From contig OZ024750.1 of the NCBI GenBank assembly GCA_964016885.1, forward strand, positions 20,894,001 through 20,958,000: a stretch of DNA of 64,000 bases. The letters are read 5' to 3'. Of this stretch, positions 42,339 through 59,274 are shown in pieces. A program made the translations under genes and the position numbers. Positions within the stretch are counted from its first letter, which is position 1. Each line of letters begins with the position of its first letter. The notes under the pieces were generated by a model. That model searched no databases and was not told the DNA's origin. It worked only from the letters and a program-made list of their open reading frames with translations. Source of the DNA: Eledone cirrhosa (lineage: Eukaryota).

Positions 42339-43845
42339 TATGATACGCAGCTGTGTACCTTGTGGTATCTCTAAACATATTCCATCAGAACTTTCTATGA
42401 AACATGTTATGTTATATATCTCTAATACTAATTTAATACTGATTTTTAAATCATCGGCTTTGTCTTTTTCTACAATTACAGAGAATTCATCCACAAACTG
42501 ATTGATGAAGATAAATAACATAATTACATATTGTTTGTGATGTACTGAACCGAAAATATCCCATGCATTTCATGGTGCATCGATACGGAACGTTATGAAT
42601 CGGATCATTTTCAGATACATAACTCATCATCATTGTGTAATTGTTGTTGTCTTTAGCAGGTTGTCTGTGTAAGTCCAGTCTGCTCAATTTACATTACACA
42701 ATGGTCAGCTAGCATAATTAGAATTGTGAATAAGGGCAGCTTATTCAATGAATTAAAACATGAAAAAGTAGCAAGCTGTCTTCATATTGTTTCTTATACA
42801 ATTCTCCGTTATATACCCACTTACGTGCACAGAATCATACAACTATGTAGGGATTCCATCTCACTAAAACGTGATTTGAGATTCCCAGTACTGGACACCA
42901 TATTTTAGCTAGTGTATTTTAATATATTTGGGAGACGAAAAATGTTTAGAAGTTCGCCAAATAGATATATCGAAATAGGTCGATATAATTCTGTCAGGTT
43001 TGTTCTAGGACATGGATAAAAGTAATAAAAATATATTTACATAACTAGCAAAACAACAGTTTAACGTAAGAAATAAGCAAAATAAACTCTTTGCAAAATC
43101 AAAAGATTTATATTTTACAATTACAATACTACCTGCTCTACAATACAATATTGCACAAACATAAACATAAGGAACGTGTAGCTGGACTGGGACGTGCAGC
43201 AGTAACTGCCATGAGCATCAAAGAATTAAACCGGAATACTTGTCATGCAACGGTAGCGCTCCAAGAGATCAATTACGAGGAGAAATTATGAAATATGTTA
43301 TTATAACGGGAACAAACATAGAGCGATATATTTAACTTGATGCTTGTTCTACTACATCTTTAATGTTTCGTGGTTCTTTAGAAATAAATTCCCAATAGGT
43401 TTTCAATCTATGAGTAAAACTAAATGTTATGTAATATAATTCTTTCAAAATCTTTGATTACTTCATAGTTCCAAATATACTGAAACCCATTAAGGATCTC
43501 TCATTGTACGTTTCATTATACATGAATGTTTTCAATTGTCTTCCTGCTAAATTTAGTTGTTTACAACCTGCATTGCTACAGGAAATCTCCACTTGCAGAT
43601 CCGTTCTAAAATTAAATATGTCACGCCGAGATGTATTAAATATGAAATGCATTTATCAGAGAAGAGAGAAGGGATATGAAACGAAAAATAATAGATTTTA
43701 GAGCAAATCTAACGTTTTATTGATTATAAACAGAAATATAAATATATATATTTATGTGTGCCTGTGTATGTATGTGTGTATATATGTGTGTATGTATGTA
43801 TATATGTGTGTGTGTATGCGGGTGTGTCTGTGTGTGAGTGCGCAC

Positions 43846-43877
<32 letters not shown>

Positions 43878-44254
43878 AAATATGTGTATATAAATTCATA
43901 ATGTATATATACATATATATATATAATGCGTATAATTGTTAAATATATATATGCCCCATATGTATATCATATATATATGTATATGTGGTACCAGTGACTG
44001 AAAGCTATGGCCAGACACAAGTGACATCAATTTCATACCACCCCTTCCGAAACAGCATCTTGGATAAATTGAAGAAAGATTCTTCATATCATACCACTAA
44101 GGGGCTTGCGGCATCCAACGCAAAACCATTAGGCGTCGTGGTCGGCTTCATAAATTCATATATATATATATTCTTCCATATATATAATTAAATATATATC
44201 CGGATATACGCATTATGTGCTTTTATATGCGTGAGTGTTTGCATATCTACATAT

Positions 44255-44372
44255 ATAATTGTTTCTACATTTGGCACAAGGCCAGCAAATACACAGTACA
44301 TTACTGGTACTTTATTTTATCGACCCCGTAAGGATAAAAGGCAAAGTTAACCTGGCGGGATTTGAACTCAGG
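44255..44372 (-). mobile_element. 5'-truncated SINE family 1
   Basis: Tail to B box only. Confidence 0.85.
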
Positions 44373-45072
44373 CTAATTCCATATCTGATTATTCTAGTAC
44401 ATTTTTCCTCTAGCGTCCATGCTTTTCATTAAAAGTTTGGTATTTCGTCAGAATCTGTTTATCCTTTTACTTTGTTTTATTTTTCTTTATCCGTTTTTTT
44501 AAATGTATTTCTTCGTCTATTTATTTATAATTCCAATTGTTAGAAGTGCTGCACGATTGAAATATGTCTTCTTATTAGATGTATTGATGCCACGTGGGAT
44601 TCTATTCTACACTTAAACGTTGACAATTTTCATTACTTAAATATATAAAGAAACACCTTCATTTACTTCTTCGCTGACTTATCGTATTCTGCTACTGTAA
44701 ATATTTTTCTTCCAGGATTTTGAATCTAAAATCAATTGCTAATCGATACCGATGACTAATTGCTTCTATGTAATCGCATTTTTCGATTCCATTCATTTAA
44801 ACTATTTTAACAAAAATCATGTTCTGGGGTCGTTAACCTGACACCATTCCTCCAATTAAAGTTTCTTTTTGCTGCTCCAGAACCTATTCAGAACACAACA
44901 TGAGGCTGAGAGATTTCTTTAAAACTAATTTATGAAAAGGTTTCTATTAAACATATATCCAACGAAAGACAAATCAAAAAATAATAGTAATGATGATGAT
45001 GATGATGAGGATAACAACAACAATAATTACAACAATAACCACAACAACAATAATAATAATATTATTGGTAGT

Positions 45073-45261
45073 AATAATTGTTTCTACGTTAGGCACAAGG
45101 CCAGCAATTACTCAGTACATCACTGGCACTTTATTTTATCGACCCCGTAAGGATGAAAGGCAAAGTCAACCTCGGCGGGATTTGATCTCAGATCGTAAAG
45201 GGACGTAACTATGCTGGAAAGCATGGCGTCCGACCCTCCACCGATACTGCCAATCCACCGC
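45073..45261 (-). mobile_element. SINE family 1, full length
   Basis: Near-identical to 49038-49225. Confidence 0.92.
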
Positions 45262-45438
45262 ACAAAACCCACATCGTACCGTCCTGTACCGTCTGTAATG
45301 TTTTTCTTGATGTCAGCCCTTGTGGCCAATAAAGAAATCATTATTGATAGTAATAATGATTTCTTTATTGGCCACAAGGGCTGACATCAAGAAAAACATT
45401 ACAGACGGTACAGGACGGTACGATGTGGGTTTTGTGCG
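45259..45438. repeat. Perfect 87-bp inverted repeat of a retroposon-like 3' tail
   Basis: Arms 45259-45345/45352-45438, loop GATAGT. Arms end in CAGCCCTTGTGGCCAATAAAGAAATCATTATT. Confidence 0.92.
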
Positions 45439-46211
45439 TGTATATATTTTTATTATTTATATAAGAAAAGAAAAAAAAGGACAATAATAAAACTATCTTA
45501 TCGGATATTCAACTTTTATTCTGAATACAAACATTGACAGCTGCTTTAAAATAATATTAAATGACAAAACCTACATTTGTAAACAGAGATGCGAAAATAT
45601 TTTATAGCTTTCTATTTTATCGAAATATATTGATGCCATAAATATTTTATGCAACTCTTAATACAAAAGCTACTCCGTTGAGTGGAAATAGAACTGTTTT
45701 ATATTCATGTGTTTATGATGTTGTTAATACACGGAAATATATTTTAGGTTATAACATGATATTCCTTTATTCTTTTAATGGTTGCGGTTATTATACCACG
45801 GGGAAGCTGGAACACCATCCTTGAAGTATTCAATTGTATCGAACCCAGTATATATTTTGGAAACTGATGCCGCTTTCCTCGGTGTATATTTCGTCTAATG
45901 ATTAAGATAAAGGATATAAGCACATACGTAAAAAACCATCCGCACACTTCTAACGTATATATAATCCGGCTCTTGGTAATATTATATTACACTAGTTGAT
46001 GATATCAGTTTAAGCTCTCAACGCTATTGCGAGAACAGAACTGTTTGTTAACCTAAATTGCAGATCGTATGTATAAAACAAGAAAGAACAACGTTCATTC
46101 TATTCTTATCTTCTACGCTTCTGATGAGCAAATTGGCACCAAATTTTGGCTGATCCTAAATAATTAAAGCTTTGAGCTACCGTAATCGTTTTTGAAACAC
46201 GCGTTACAAGT

Positions 46212-46247
<36 letters not shown>

Positions 46248-46302
46248 GTGTTAAAGTTTGCTTGAAGCATTGTGAAATGTGTAAAATATGTATATATATA
46301 TA

Positions 46303-46432
46303 CACTAATTCATTCTTCTGAAGAAGCACTAGCGTCCGAAACGTTAACAACGTCTTCCTGGTATTTGAAGCGTTAACCTAATATATTCCTTCCATATACT
46401 GTACCGATTGTTTTTATTTCAGTTTACCGTTT
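46303..46432 (+). mobile_element. Short microsatellite-flanked element with decayed minimal hammerhead
   Basis: TTCTT-CTGAAGA-agcactagcgtcc-GAAA-CG-TT-AACAA (46313-46350). Stems imperfect. Confidence 0.45.
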
Positions 46433-46442
46433 ACACACACGC

Positions 46443-46482
<40 letters not shown>

Positions 46483-46734
46483 ATGTGTGTGTGTGTGTTT
46501 GTGTTTATCAGTGCAGAACCACCTTTAAAAGAGTTAGACCATGACATCAGATGGTACTGGGATGATAGTAGATTATGGCAAAATTATAAAGTCGAGTCAC
46601 GACGGTATTGAGCTTTCAACAGCTAATTCCAGACAGATAAATATATATATACAGAGAGAGAGAGAGAGAGAGAGAGAGTGAGAGAGAGAGAGAGAGAGTG
46701 AGAGAGAGAGAGAGAGAGTGAGAGAGAGAGATTG

Positions 46735-46840
<106 letters not shown>

Positions 46841-48883
46841 AGAGAGAGACACAACATAGCTCTTCAAATTCCGTCTACCAAATACCACTCACAGGGTATT
46901 AGGCTCAGTGTTATTGAAGACACTTTCCGAACGTGTCACGTAATGTCAGATGACCCAGAACCACGAGGTGTCAAAGCAAACTTTTCATTGCATACTTAAT
47001 ACTGCGCAACATATTTGATATTTATTTAGCAACACCTTCGTTAATACTAATAATACCAAAACGTAGCAACTTTTAAGAGTATTAAATAAGTTTTATGTAA
47101 TTGGAATTGCGAGCGCGTGATCTTTTGAAAAATGTATATTACCTTTGAGACAATGTCGGAAAATATGTTAATGTTATATGAAACAGCGAATTCTTTTTAA
47201 GTATGTAATGTTGTGGGAACATCTTTTTGTGAGGTTGTTGCAAAAATGCTTAGATGTTCGGATCGTAAAATTTAAACAAATATCATTGGAATATCTTTCA
47301 TGCTATCCTCTCAACAATATTGTACAAGCGTATTGTTATTACCTGCTTACAATGGCATAATGAATATTCACAGATTAATGTTTAATATATAGTATGATGT
47401 ACGTTACATCTTATATTCATATATGTACTCTCAACCCACCGCAGAGATAGTATTATATACTTTAATTTTCGTCTGTTATGAACCATATAGCTGACAATGA
47501 TCTAAAACAGGAACTTTGTACCTGGTCGTTGAATCTGTACAAATAATTAAGCATAAATAGAAAGAAGATGATTGTCTGACCGGACAAAGTGAACTGCTTT
47601 TGTTAGTCTTTCCATTGCTGATTCTATGTGATGGAGTATTTCGTATATGGAAAATACGGGATTTGAACTCTAAATGTACTGAGCCAGATTACGCGCCGCA
47701 TAATATCCTGTCCGGGCATTTAACATTTTCGCTAATCCATCTCTTCTGGTGCTTTATTTATCGACTTTTAACAGATGAAAAACATAATTAAGGTTGCTTG
47801 ATCCAGTTTTCCAGAACATTACAGTAAATGGATGATGATGTGTAGCTAAAATAACCCAAATTTCACCGAATAACTTTGCAGACACGATTCCGGCGCTAAA
47901 CACACGGGACAGTTGTCGGTAGATTTATTCTCCAGTTTCTTGTCAGCGAAATAGAATGATCGACAAAACGTCACACAAATGTTTCTGTATTCCACAGTTA
48001 TGTGTCTGAGAAAGTTAATCCTGATTGTGAAGCAGAGTGATACTGTGTAATAAGACTAACATTTAGAATTAAATGTACGAATATCCTTGTAAGGTAAATG
48101 ACATTCGTTCAAGATGTCTCGAAATCGCAATAATAAACAGATGATCTCATAATCTATGAAGAAACTATATGAAGGAAATTGGTAGAAGAAATTGTATTGA
48201 ACCTTGAGTGGTGAATGATACATATAATTGTTTGACCCACCATTGTAACATACTGTATCACATCGACAGTCACTCAGAGTCATGTTAAGTGTTATGATAG
48301 ACAAATTAATTTTCGTCGTCAATACAGACGGTTGATCCATTATGATAACTCATGGTCTAATCATTAGATTCTAATGTACACTTATTTAAGCGGAGGCGTG
48401 TGATTTGACAAATATTTCGCTGCAACTGATAGTAGGCTGTGATATAACATAGCTACTCAGTAGTAAGCCCATATTACAGTATGTATAGTTCAGTACTGAA
48501 TTATTTGTTCTACTTTTATAATCATCAGTAAGAGAGTAAATTGGATTAGCTTTATGCATCCCCTCTGTCTAATTATTTAATCAATGTATATTAAGAACTA
48601 AGAAGCTCAATCGCTTGGAAGAAATATACAGAAAAAAGACACTGATTATATCCTGATATTCCTAACTAAAAGAGAACAAATAATAGTTTAAATTAAATTA
48701 GATGTTTGCAAAAGAGTGTAAAAAGTATTCAAATACAACCCGAGGAGTGTTAATTCTTTTAGAAATTAGAAACATCGTATATATTTGTTTTTTAAATAAT
48801 ATTATGTCATCAACTAATTTTATATATCACAAACTAAACGGCGGAATGCAGCTTCCATCCCGAACACTATTTTAGTACACGCG

Positions 48884-49854
<971 letters not shown>

Positions 49855-50507
49855 CACCATGAGAGTCTGACACCATGAGAGTCTGACACCATGATTTGCA
49901 GTATAGATTTACGGAACTTTATGATCTGAGTTCAAATCCCGCCGAGGTTAACTTTGCCTTTCATTTTTAGGGGATCGATGAAATAATGTACCAGTGATGC
50001 ACTGGGTTCCCCTCCCCCAAATTGTTGGCCTTGTGCTTATATAAGAAACCATTAGTGATAGATTAAAAAAGGATTCTAATTAAATATTTTACCACTAAAA
50101 ACAAACAGTAAATTGGCAGAGTCATTTGAACGTCACATTAAATTCTTCGAGATAAACGTTTCCCCTCTCCGGGTTTTGACTTCACATACTGCTGGAGTTA
50201 ATTATATCATTCATGCTTCCGATGTAAATCGTCGTTTCTGTTGAACGCTGTAAATACGTCTTCTAGATCTAATTTTGACTTTCTCTCTATTTCATTCTTT
50301 CTCTTGATGAAATCTGGAGAAGTTTCGATGCTTCAGATATAATTTGTGTCACGATGACGCCCCTACGAACATTAACTATTGATACACACCACCAAAGTTT
50401 GATTTTCCGATCTTCAGTTTTCAGTGTTTACAATTGTGTAAATAATGTATATACTTAATATCCATATATATAAATACATATCATTAATACATATACATAT
50501 CATTAAT

Positions 50508-50538
50508 ATTTATTTTATTTCCTCTGTTGCAGGTAAGC
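50508..50538 (+). promoter_or_regulatory. Candidate recursive splice site (acceptor abutting donor)
   Basis: TTTATTTTATTTCCTCTGTTGCAG|GTAAGC. Confidence 0.4.
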
Positions 50539-51180
50539 ATTCACCTTCCGTTGAGATCATTATATTTCGTTTGTCGGTAAGAGTGCATTTCGTATTTATT
50601 CATAAATTTCTAGATGTTGTGTTAATGTAAATGTACTTGTGGTATATGATTCGTAAATATCGTTACCTTTGAGCAAGTCAATCAATTTTCCTACGTCCTG
50701 GGGCTCAGCTTATCACAGTCTATCCTGGTACCATTGATATTAAGCGCGCGCGGGAAGAAAGCATTCTGGATGGGATGCTGGGCTTTTGCTTGTTTATGTC
50801 CTTGCTTTTAATGTTACAGTTCCTGGTCGTAGTAATAATATGGGCATTAGTAGGTAAATATTAAAGTGTTACGCTCAAAGACACAAAGCGCAGTTCTGTT
50901 TTGTGATCAACATTACACTTGTGAGCCCTTCACCGTAAATGTGAGAATTCCGATCGAACCAGCAACATTCTCCAAGTCATGACAACGTCCTTTGAGCAAT
51001 ATAATGTTTCGTTAACTGTTCCTTATTATAATTCACAAAGAGGTATTATTACTTCTCTGTGAATCAATACAATATTTGATTTTATCTCTCTAATTGCATG
51101 CCAGGCTCTCTATATATCGTATCTAGTATATATATAAACACACACACACACATATATATATATATCGAATATTTCCTCTT

Positions 51181-51220
<40 letters not shown>

Positions 51221-51412
51221 TATCTATCAATCCAGATATATCTTTGTCTGTCTCTCTACGAACCTCTCTGACTGAGTATCTGTCTGTCTATCTAGGTATG
51301 GTGTAATTTGCGTATAAATCCATATAACTATGTACATTTACATATCTTTACTAAATTTGATGTTAATTCGTGCTTGATAACAAGTATTTCTCCTTCTCAC
51401 TGCATGCATCTA

Positions 51413-51467
<55 letters not shown>

Positions 51468-51601
51468 CTATTAATTAGTTTTGCGAAGTTTTTGATATGA
51501 AATCGTGTGTCGAAACACGTATAATAAGACTATTAATTGATTTTCTGTTTTCTCATCAACAGAAAGAATTAGATGTCACTATTGACGCATCACTGTATTT
51601 G

Positions 51602-51705
<104 letters not shown>

Positions 51706-51840
51706 AAGCATATATACGTACGGAACGGTAGATACAGATAGCAACTATCAATTTGATAGTTTGTCCTTTAATTATATAAATTAGTTCATCTCTATCTCCA
51801 TACGTGCATGTATAGAATAAATTATCTTCGTATATATCTT

Positions 51841-51915
<75 letters not shown>

Positions 51916-52489
51916 GTCCACAATCTTGCATGCACAAACCAATGTTCTCAAAATAGACTTTAATAATATAGAATATAATCGTAGTTAAATGATATTGGAG
52001 GAATAAAATAGGCGGTCAATTGCCTTCCTTTCATTCCTTCATAACTATATTCAGGAATATGGAAAATGGACATTTAAAAATAGAATTATTAAACACGTCT
52101 CACAATCCGCTTGACTGCTGTCATAAATGACGTTGGAATAATATGTGTTTTAAATTGAAAGGGACTCTAGATAGATAAATTTCCCGCCTCACTAATTTCC
52201 TTATCTCGCAAAATATTACAATGGTTTGACATTTTGATATGGCATGAGATACTCTTACTTGAGATCAAGAAATGAACGTGTGTATTTATGCATATATGCA
52301 AGAAGGCATATATGTAGGTATTGCATGTGTACGTGGTGATTTTGGATACGCGTTTATATGCGTATATAGTTCATGTATGTCTTTATAAATACGCACGCAA
52401 TTATGCGTCATGCTCATGCAAATGCATTCGCTTCACTACCCGTCTACCGATCAAATACGACGCAGAGACCGGATATGTAAGTGCACATT

Positions 52490-52615
<126 letters not shown>

Positions 52616-54385
52616 GTGGGGGTTAAATTCATGGCTGTGTGGTTAAGGGATCACTTCTCATGACGTGATTCCATGCTCGCCCTCATTACGTGATGTATTG
52701 GACAAGTTGTTCCCTCGTAGACATATGTTGTCCATTCGGTTTTGGGGAGAATTCCGTTGGAATAAACTCCACAAAATACTATCCTTAGCACATGGGACAA
52801 CATAAGTTGCTGTGGTACATCACGCTCACTGTGATCTGAGTTCAAACTCCGGCATGGTATACATTACTTGTCATACTTTCAGGTTCAGTAAAATAAAATA
52901 CCATTCTAGAGCGGTTGATTGACGACAGAGAAATCAGAATGGATGCATTAAGTTATCTCTTGCGGCCCTCATGAATACATACTTTGTAGAGTTAATTCCT
53001 CAACCGCTTTCAAACCGCCAGCTGATACTGTGGCTGGCTTTATCGGTGGTCAGTGTGTTAGTAGTATTCGGAGCATTTTATTTCTGCAGTTTGGTATCAA
53101 CTTATTCGTACATTTCAATGGGCCTCTCAATGAATAAAACATCATTTGTAATTATGCTACTATATGTTACTATACTAGAGGAAAATACCATAATGTTTCA
53201 CCAATAGCTTATCAGAACTTCAAAGTACCTCTTTCAAGTATTTTTTTTTTCGTTCTAAAACGTAGAGACAAACTTTCAATTTTGAGCAAATTGACCGTAA
53301 CTAATAATACTTTTCGCTAAGTTTAAGACGTCAAAGAAAGGATGTCATTGTTTGTCTTTAAATGTAATGGTAAACCACACAGAAATATTTAGTGAAGAAC
53401 GTAATCTGCAGCGGATTACAAGATCATGATTTGGACTAAAGATTTGAGTTTCTTTGATTTCAGTAGAGAATTAAAGCCGTCATTGAAATAAAACCGTTGA
53501 AACAGCACATAAAAGAGGAATAGAGAATGTGAGATGACAGTGAAAAGAAGACTTTGTTCCATTGTGTCTGGTTATACAGCCTCAGTCAAAATTGAATATT
53601 TAAACAGACAAGGATGGAGTAGAATCATTTTCACATTCAATATAGATCGAAGTCACCAGAATGGATCTTCGGCGATTTCTTTGATGAGTGTTTCAGTTGT
53701 TCGACTAACGGATCAGCCTGCTTGTGAAATTAACTTCTATGTTGCTAAACATAACCCGTAACCTTTTTATTGTAATATTATACATAACTTCTACATACGT
53801 AGGATAGTATTTGCAATATACTCCAAATAAATGGATTTCTGTACACAAGCATATTTTGTACACAAGCATATTCTGTACACAAGCATATTTTCGAACAAAA
53901 CATTTGACTGGAGCAACTTGAAATAAAATGTTTTGAACAATAACACAATACACGCCCGGGAATTTAACTGACAACCATACGATTGCGAGATGAATCACGT
54001 TACCACAAAGCCAGACAAATTCGTTAATTTAGCATTGCAACGGAATTAGTAAACTATAAGTATGACTATTGTTCATACGTAATAATCTTCAAAAGTGTTC
54101 ATTCGAATTTTGTAATTTTTCGTTTCTATATTACTTTTTGTTATTATGTGTGAGACATCAAAGAAATAGCCCCACAGAAAATATACCAATTATCGCAAGG
54201 AAAAGATAAAAAAATTAAAATAACATTCTTCTTGTAAATTGTCTTAAGATACTAAGACTAATATTCATCGGAGATTACAGAAACATGTATATACATAAAG
54301 AAATTACATATTCACTAATAGTTAGTATGAAATTATTAAAACATTCATAATATTCTTATTTCACTTCTAAGCATCTGATAAATGA

Positions 54386-54448
<63 letters not shown>

Positions 54449-57400
54449 AAAATTAAAACATCTAATATATTATGTAATTCTGATTTTCTACACATTTGCA
54501 GACTGTGTGGTGCGCTTTATTTTAATTAAACTTCTTCTTCCACTGTAACGTATAATTCTACTGGATATCAGCAATCTTTCATTCATATTTGTATGCAATT
54601 AGCATTATGAAAGCTAATCCAATGCAAACAATCACAAACTGTCATGACGCTAAGTAAATTGATACTATAGCAATATGTAAATATTTACTAATTATGTAAT
54701 TACCATATCACTCGTGAGAATGTAATTTTGGGCTCTTTGTGAACTGACGTATTAAATATTGGAGTTGGAAAATTGCACTAGTATTCCTGGTCAATCAACC
54801 CCAATATCCTCTATTACATTTCTGCATACTGCCGCAGCAGTTCGCGGAAAACTATAAATATCAAACGACTCTACATGTTTACGGTAAGTGATATTAGTCT
54901 ATTTGTCATATACGTCGTGAATAGTGAGAATCCAGAAGGATATTCCCCTTTAACCACATAGCAGGTCAAGGGATAAAATATATATTCGGCAATATATTAC
55001 TTTGACCATATAACGGTGATCGTTAAACTCTTTTTCTCGCAGAGACCTTATACAATGTTCCGAATATCATCAAAAAAACAGCTATAGTTTACCTACTAAA
55101 ATAACTTTAAAAGGTCATTAAATAAGCAAGGCTAGTTTTACGGAATGTATCCATAAGCAAATGTGATATTATAGATTTTCATTGAACTTTACTTCAAAGA
55201 CACATTATCTTGTCAAAGTACAAGATGACTTTTTGCGAAAACTGAATTCCTTCGAAAGCGACATGGAAAGGATTATTACATATTATAAAGCTATCAAATA
55301 ATATTATAATCTTATATTGTTGTGCTGCATGATGAAATATTGATACTTATGATAGTTATGAGAGAAACCGCTTATGTGATCCAATTAAAGATAAACAAGA
55401 CTTTTGTAGCTTTTACGTTGTTTAGCTAGGGTTTTCAGTGCAAATTCAACTCTCACATAGAATTATACCGGATTTCTTTACACAGATATAATTACCAGAA
55501 ACCTCTCATTTCCATATTTCTAAAGGAAACCACTGCCTACGATTTTCACATAATTTTTAAAATTATCAGGGTTATTAAACTGACATTTGGAGTATATTTA
55601 GCAAACATTCTTACGTAAAATGAAAAGAATACAAATGCTTTGGAATCAAAAGGGTTAAATACCATTAAATTAAGCTATTATGCAGAGTATATATGAGGGT
55701 TCATTAAACTTGTAATAAGATACTATTGTTATTTTCCATTGTAGTACATGTTCTGCATCCACATTTACCTGCCAAAGGAAATACGAACCGTGGTGGTAAA
55801 TCAATGGGTGTTTATTAGGATACTGAACAACCAGACCATCGATTTATATTAAATGAGAGATTAGTTAAGATAGAAGATATCAAAAGCTTAAATTCTTTTC
55901 CCGTGCACAACCCAATTAGTTGATAAATATTTCATACATCAAATCTCAAATATATTTATATTTGTCAAACATTTACACATAACTACTTGAACGAATATCA
56001 TCACATAGTTACAACTACTTCGTGTCTTCTTATCCTATATGTACATGAAAAAATATTCATAAGCGTATGCACATATATGCATAGTGTGATGCAGAATACA
56101 CACATACATATATACACCTGTCTCTGTGTGTGTTTGTGTATGAATGTGTCAGTATGTGCGTGAGAGGATGTATGTGTGTGAGAGTGCGTGTCTGTGAATT
56201 AGAGTTAATCCCTGTGTATATATACCGACATAATTGTATGTTCTGCAGTTTCTTTATTAAATAGTGTTTTCATATGGTATCAGTAACAGCAGATAGGAGC
56301 ATCAGCATATATGATTACTGTTGGATTGGAAGCGCCTTTGGCAGAAGATATATGCTTCACATGTGATAAGTGGCATCAAGAACAACAATAACAACATAAA
56401 CAAATTTAACAACAATAATAATAAGCAAAATAAAACAAAATGAATGCAAAATTGCAATTTGGTGTCCGTTTTATATTCGTTAGAACTTTTATATATATAT
56501 AGGATTCATATTGTGATTTCTTTTTTTTTTAGTTTCATTATTGTTCCGTTTTACTATGAGATCAAATTTTTCTGACATGCATATTTCACATTTAAACTTA
56601 TTTAAAGTATTTTTTAAGTAATTAGTGTTAAATATTTCAGTTTCAGAACTTTTATTGATCTACATTGCTAAGCAAATCATGAAATGCGTTTCATTTTTAC
56701 AATTTTTTTTTCTTTGGTTTTGTATGTATATGTGTCTTCCTATTACTCGACAAATGTTCTGTATTTGCTGTTATATCAAATTTTTTTTTTATATTTTATT
56801 AGTTTTATTATTTTCATATGTATTTGTTCTATTGCTTCAATATTTGGTAAATCAACTGAAAAACAGAGGCGACTCGTTGTCTCTATCGACCAAAAAAGAA
56901 GAATATATGAAATATTTCATTTGAGGCTACATTTATATTAGATCGCTTGCTATTTTTTACTTTATCATTATTTATGTTTAATAATTAGAGACTGGCTTTA
57001 TTGTATCATAGCATACTTTAGAATGAAGGGAAACAAATTGCTCTCAGTGAATTATTGTAGTTTTATAGTTTATGAAGCATTAGAGCGAACGGAAATCTCT
57101 CTTTCTCACTCTCTCTTACTACGCCAGACTTCATATTCTTTCCAATTATTTTGAAGTTTGACGTTTAGATAGAAAACATTATATAAACGACAATGACCGT
57201 TTATAAAGCAAAGAATATTTTCATTATAATAGAGAGAAAATATGACAAAAAAAGTAGTGTATAATTATATCTTTTTAAATCAATAACTGTGCCACGCAAG
57301 ACTAGACTTGTTTCTATATACGGGACACTAGATATATAACTTCTTGCCATGAGTTCGACATCATACCCGTTCGCTTTATATATTAAAAAAACTATGTTTC

Positions 57401-59204
57401 CATTAATTTTACGATTTTTAACTATACATTGCGGTCGCAACTCTCGGTAGGGGAATCAAAGTGAAATAAAATATTTTGCTGAAGAAAACAACGTGCCGGT
57501 TGGTCCGGAAGCGAACCTACGGCTTTATGATTGCCAATCCAATACACTTACTGTAAAGTCAATCACATTCAATCATATGAAAACGGCCCAATATACATGC
57601 TTATACATTACTATTAAGGAGTTTATTCAGTGGAGAACATATAGATTAACTTATATTTATCATCACGGTTGATATTATGTATACATAAATGTGGTTTACA
57701 TACACGACATAGGTTATGTACGTTGAGAGTTCAAATACTTCCTATTGCCACAACAGAAACTGTGACATGTATGTTAGGAAATGCCTACCGCAGATAGTTT
57801 CAGCATTGAAAACACCAAGGGAAACAGTTGTGTTTATCCTATTTGACGATCGGATGCTTTCCTTTCTCCTTTTATAGTTCAGCATAGGTAAATCTTGTTT
57901 GTACTATTAACAAAGTATATAGTGTAGAGTTGTATTGAAATTAACCTTAACGTATGTAAAATTCGCTATACCAATTATGGTGTTCAGCCTTTAACTATCT
58001 ATTAGTTTCCTTACAACATACATTACTCTAGAGAGAGCCTTCCCTTTCATGGATGGTGATTGATCTATTCTTTAAATAAACGTCATCGTATTGTATTTAA
58101 ATTACAATAATTCTTAAAACTCAATCCCATGTCATAAATTTCAATAGAGTATGTTTTATACTTCACTCTTTTAGTACATTACCGTTGCATATTGTGAGTT
58201 CTCTATACAGTTTCGACTCAATTAAAATGGTTGCTTTACATCCTTTATATCAAACGACAATCCTCAAAACGTCTAAAGGAATGATTCTTAAGTAGTTACT
58301 GTTTCCTTTGAAGACGTAGTTTCACAGAAATACGACCATCTAAGCTACGGTAATGATGCAGTATTCACTTACTGTGATAAGAGATAACCGACAATACGAT
58401 TCAGAAATCTGAACTAATTACGGAAAAATGGCGCATTGCTGCTTAGACAGAAACGATGTATTGCTGTTTATAGAGAATTCTTTTACGGACAGAATACTAT
58501 TGTCGTTTATAGTTCGTATTAATAAAAGCGAGTGCTTTGTATAGACAAATCACTCCTCAAATCTAATAACACAGAGAATATGTCATTCGTAAGCCTACCG
58601 TATTGACATATTCTTGCAAATAGTTGATATTTTACTCTTCCTATCAAATCATTGTATGTATGGAAATTATTTTATTAAAGTTCGTATGATTGATAAAAAT
58701 ATTTTATCGAAGACACCATATAAATCTGATGGAATTATTATTAGCAATATTACAATAATCTATATTTGTCTATTTTTCTTATACTTCATTTTTTATTTCT
58801 CTTCTTGATGTTGTCGTCCTTCTTCTTCTTCTTTTTCTTTTTTTTTTCTTTTTGTTTTTGTTTTTGTTTTTCTTTTTCTTTTTCTTTTTCTTTTTCTTTT
58901 TCTTTTTCTTTTTCTTTTTCTTTTTCTTCTTCTTGTCGGAACCAACACAAGATCAACAATAACGGGAAGTTAAATAGTAAATTATATAGATATGTTTTCA
59001 TCTATGTAGATAGGTACGTGTGTAGATCGGTAGATCAGTATGTATGAACGTATGTGTAAAACGTACTTTGTTCAATTCAGTGGAGCCGTTCATTAAAACA
59101 ACGTCGATCCGAAAAGCGTATATTTATCTGCACTTCATTGAGGGTGAAAATATATTTTGTTTACAAACTGAAGTAGATATCATCTAACATATTTGCACAC
59201 ATAC

Positions 59205-59274
<70 letters not shown>

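Noticed and set aside
46109-46215. CTGATGA...GAAACACGCGTT hammerhead candidate
   Set aside because: Stem I is out of register and no convincing stem II is present.
53200-58600. Repeat-poor stretch that might hide exons
   Set aside because: No ORF with protein-like composition or convincing paired splice sites. Short exons cannot be excluded without RNA data.
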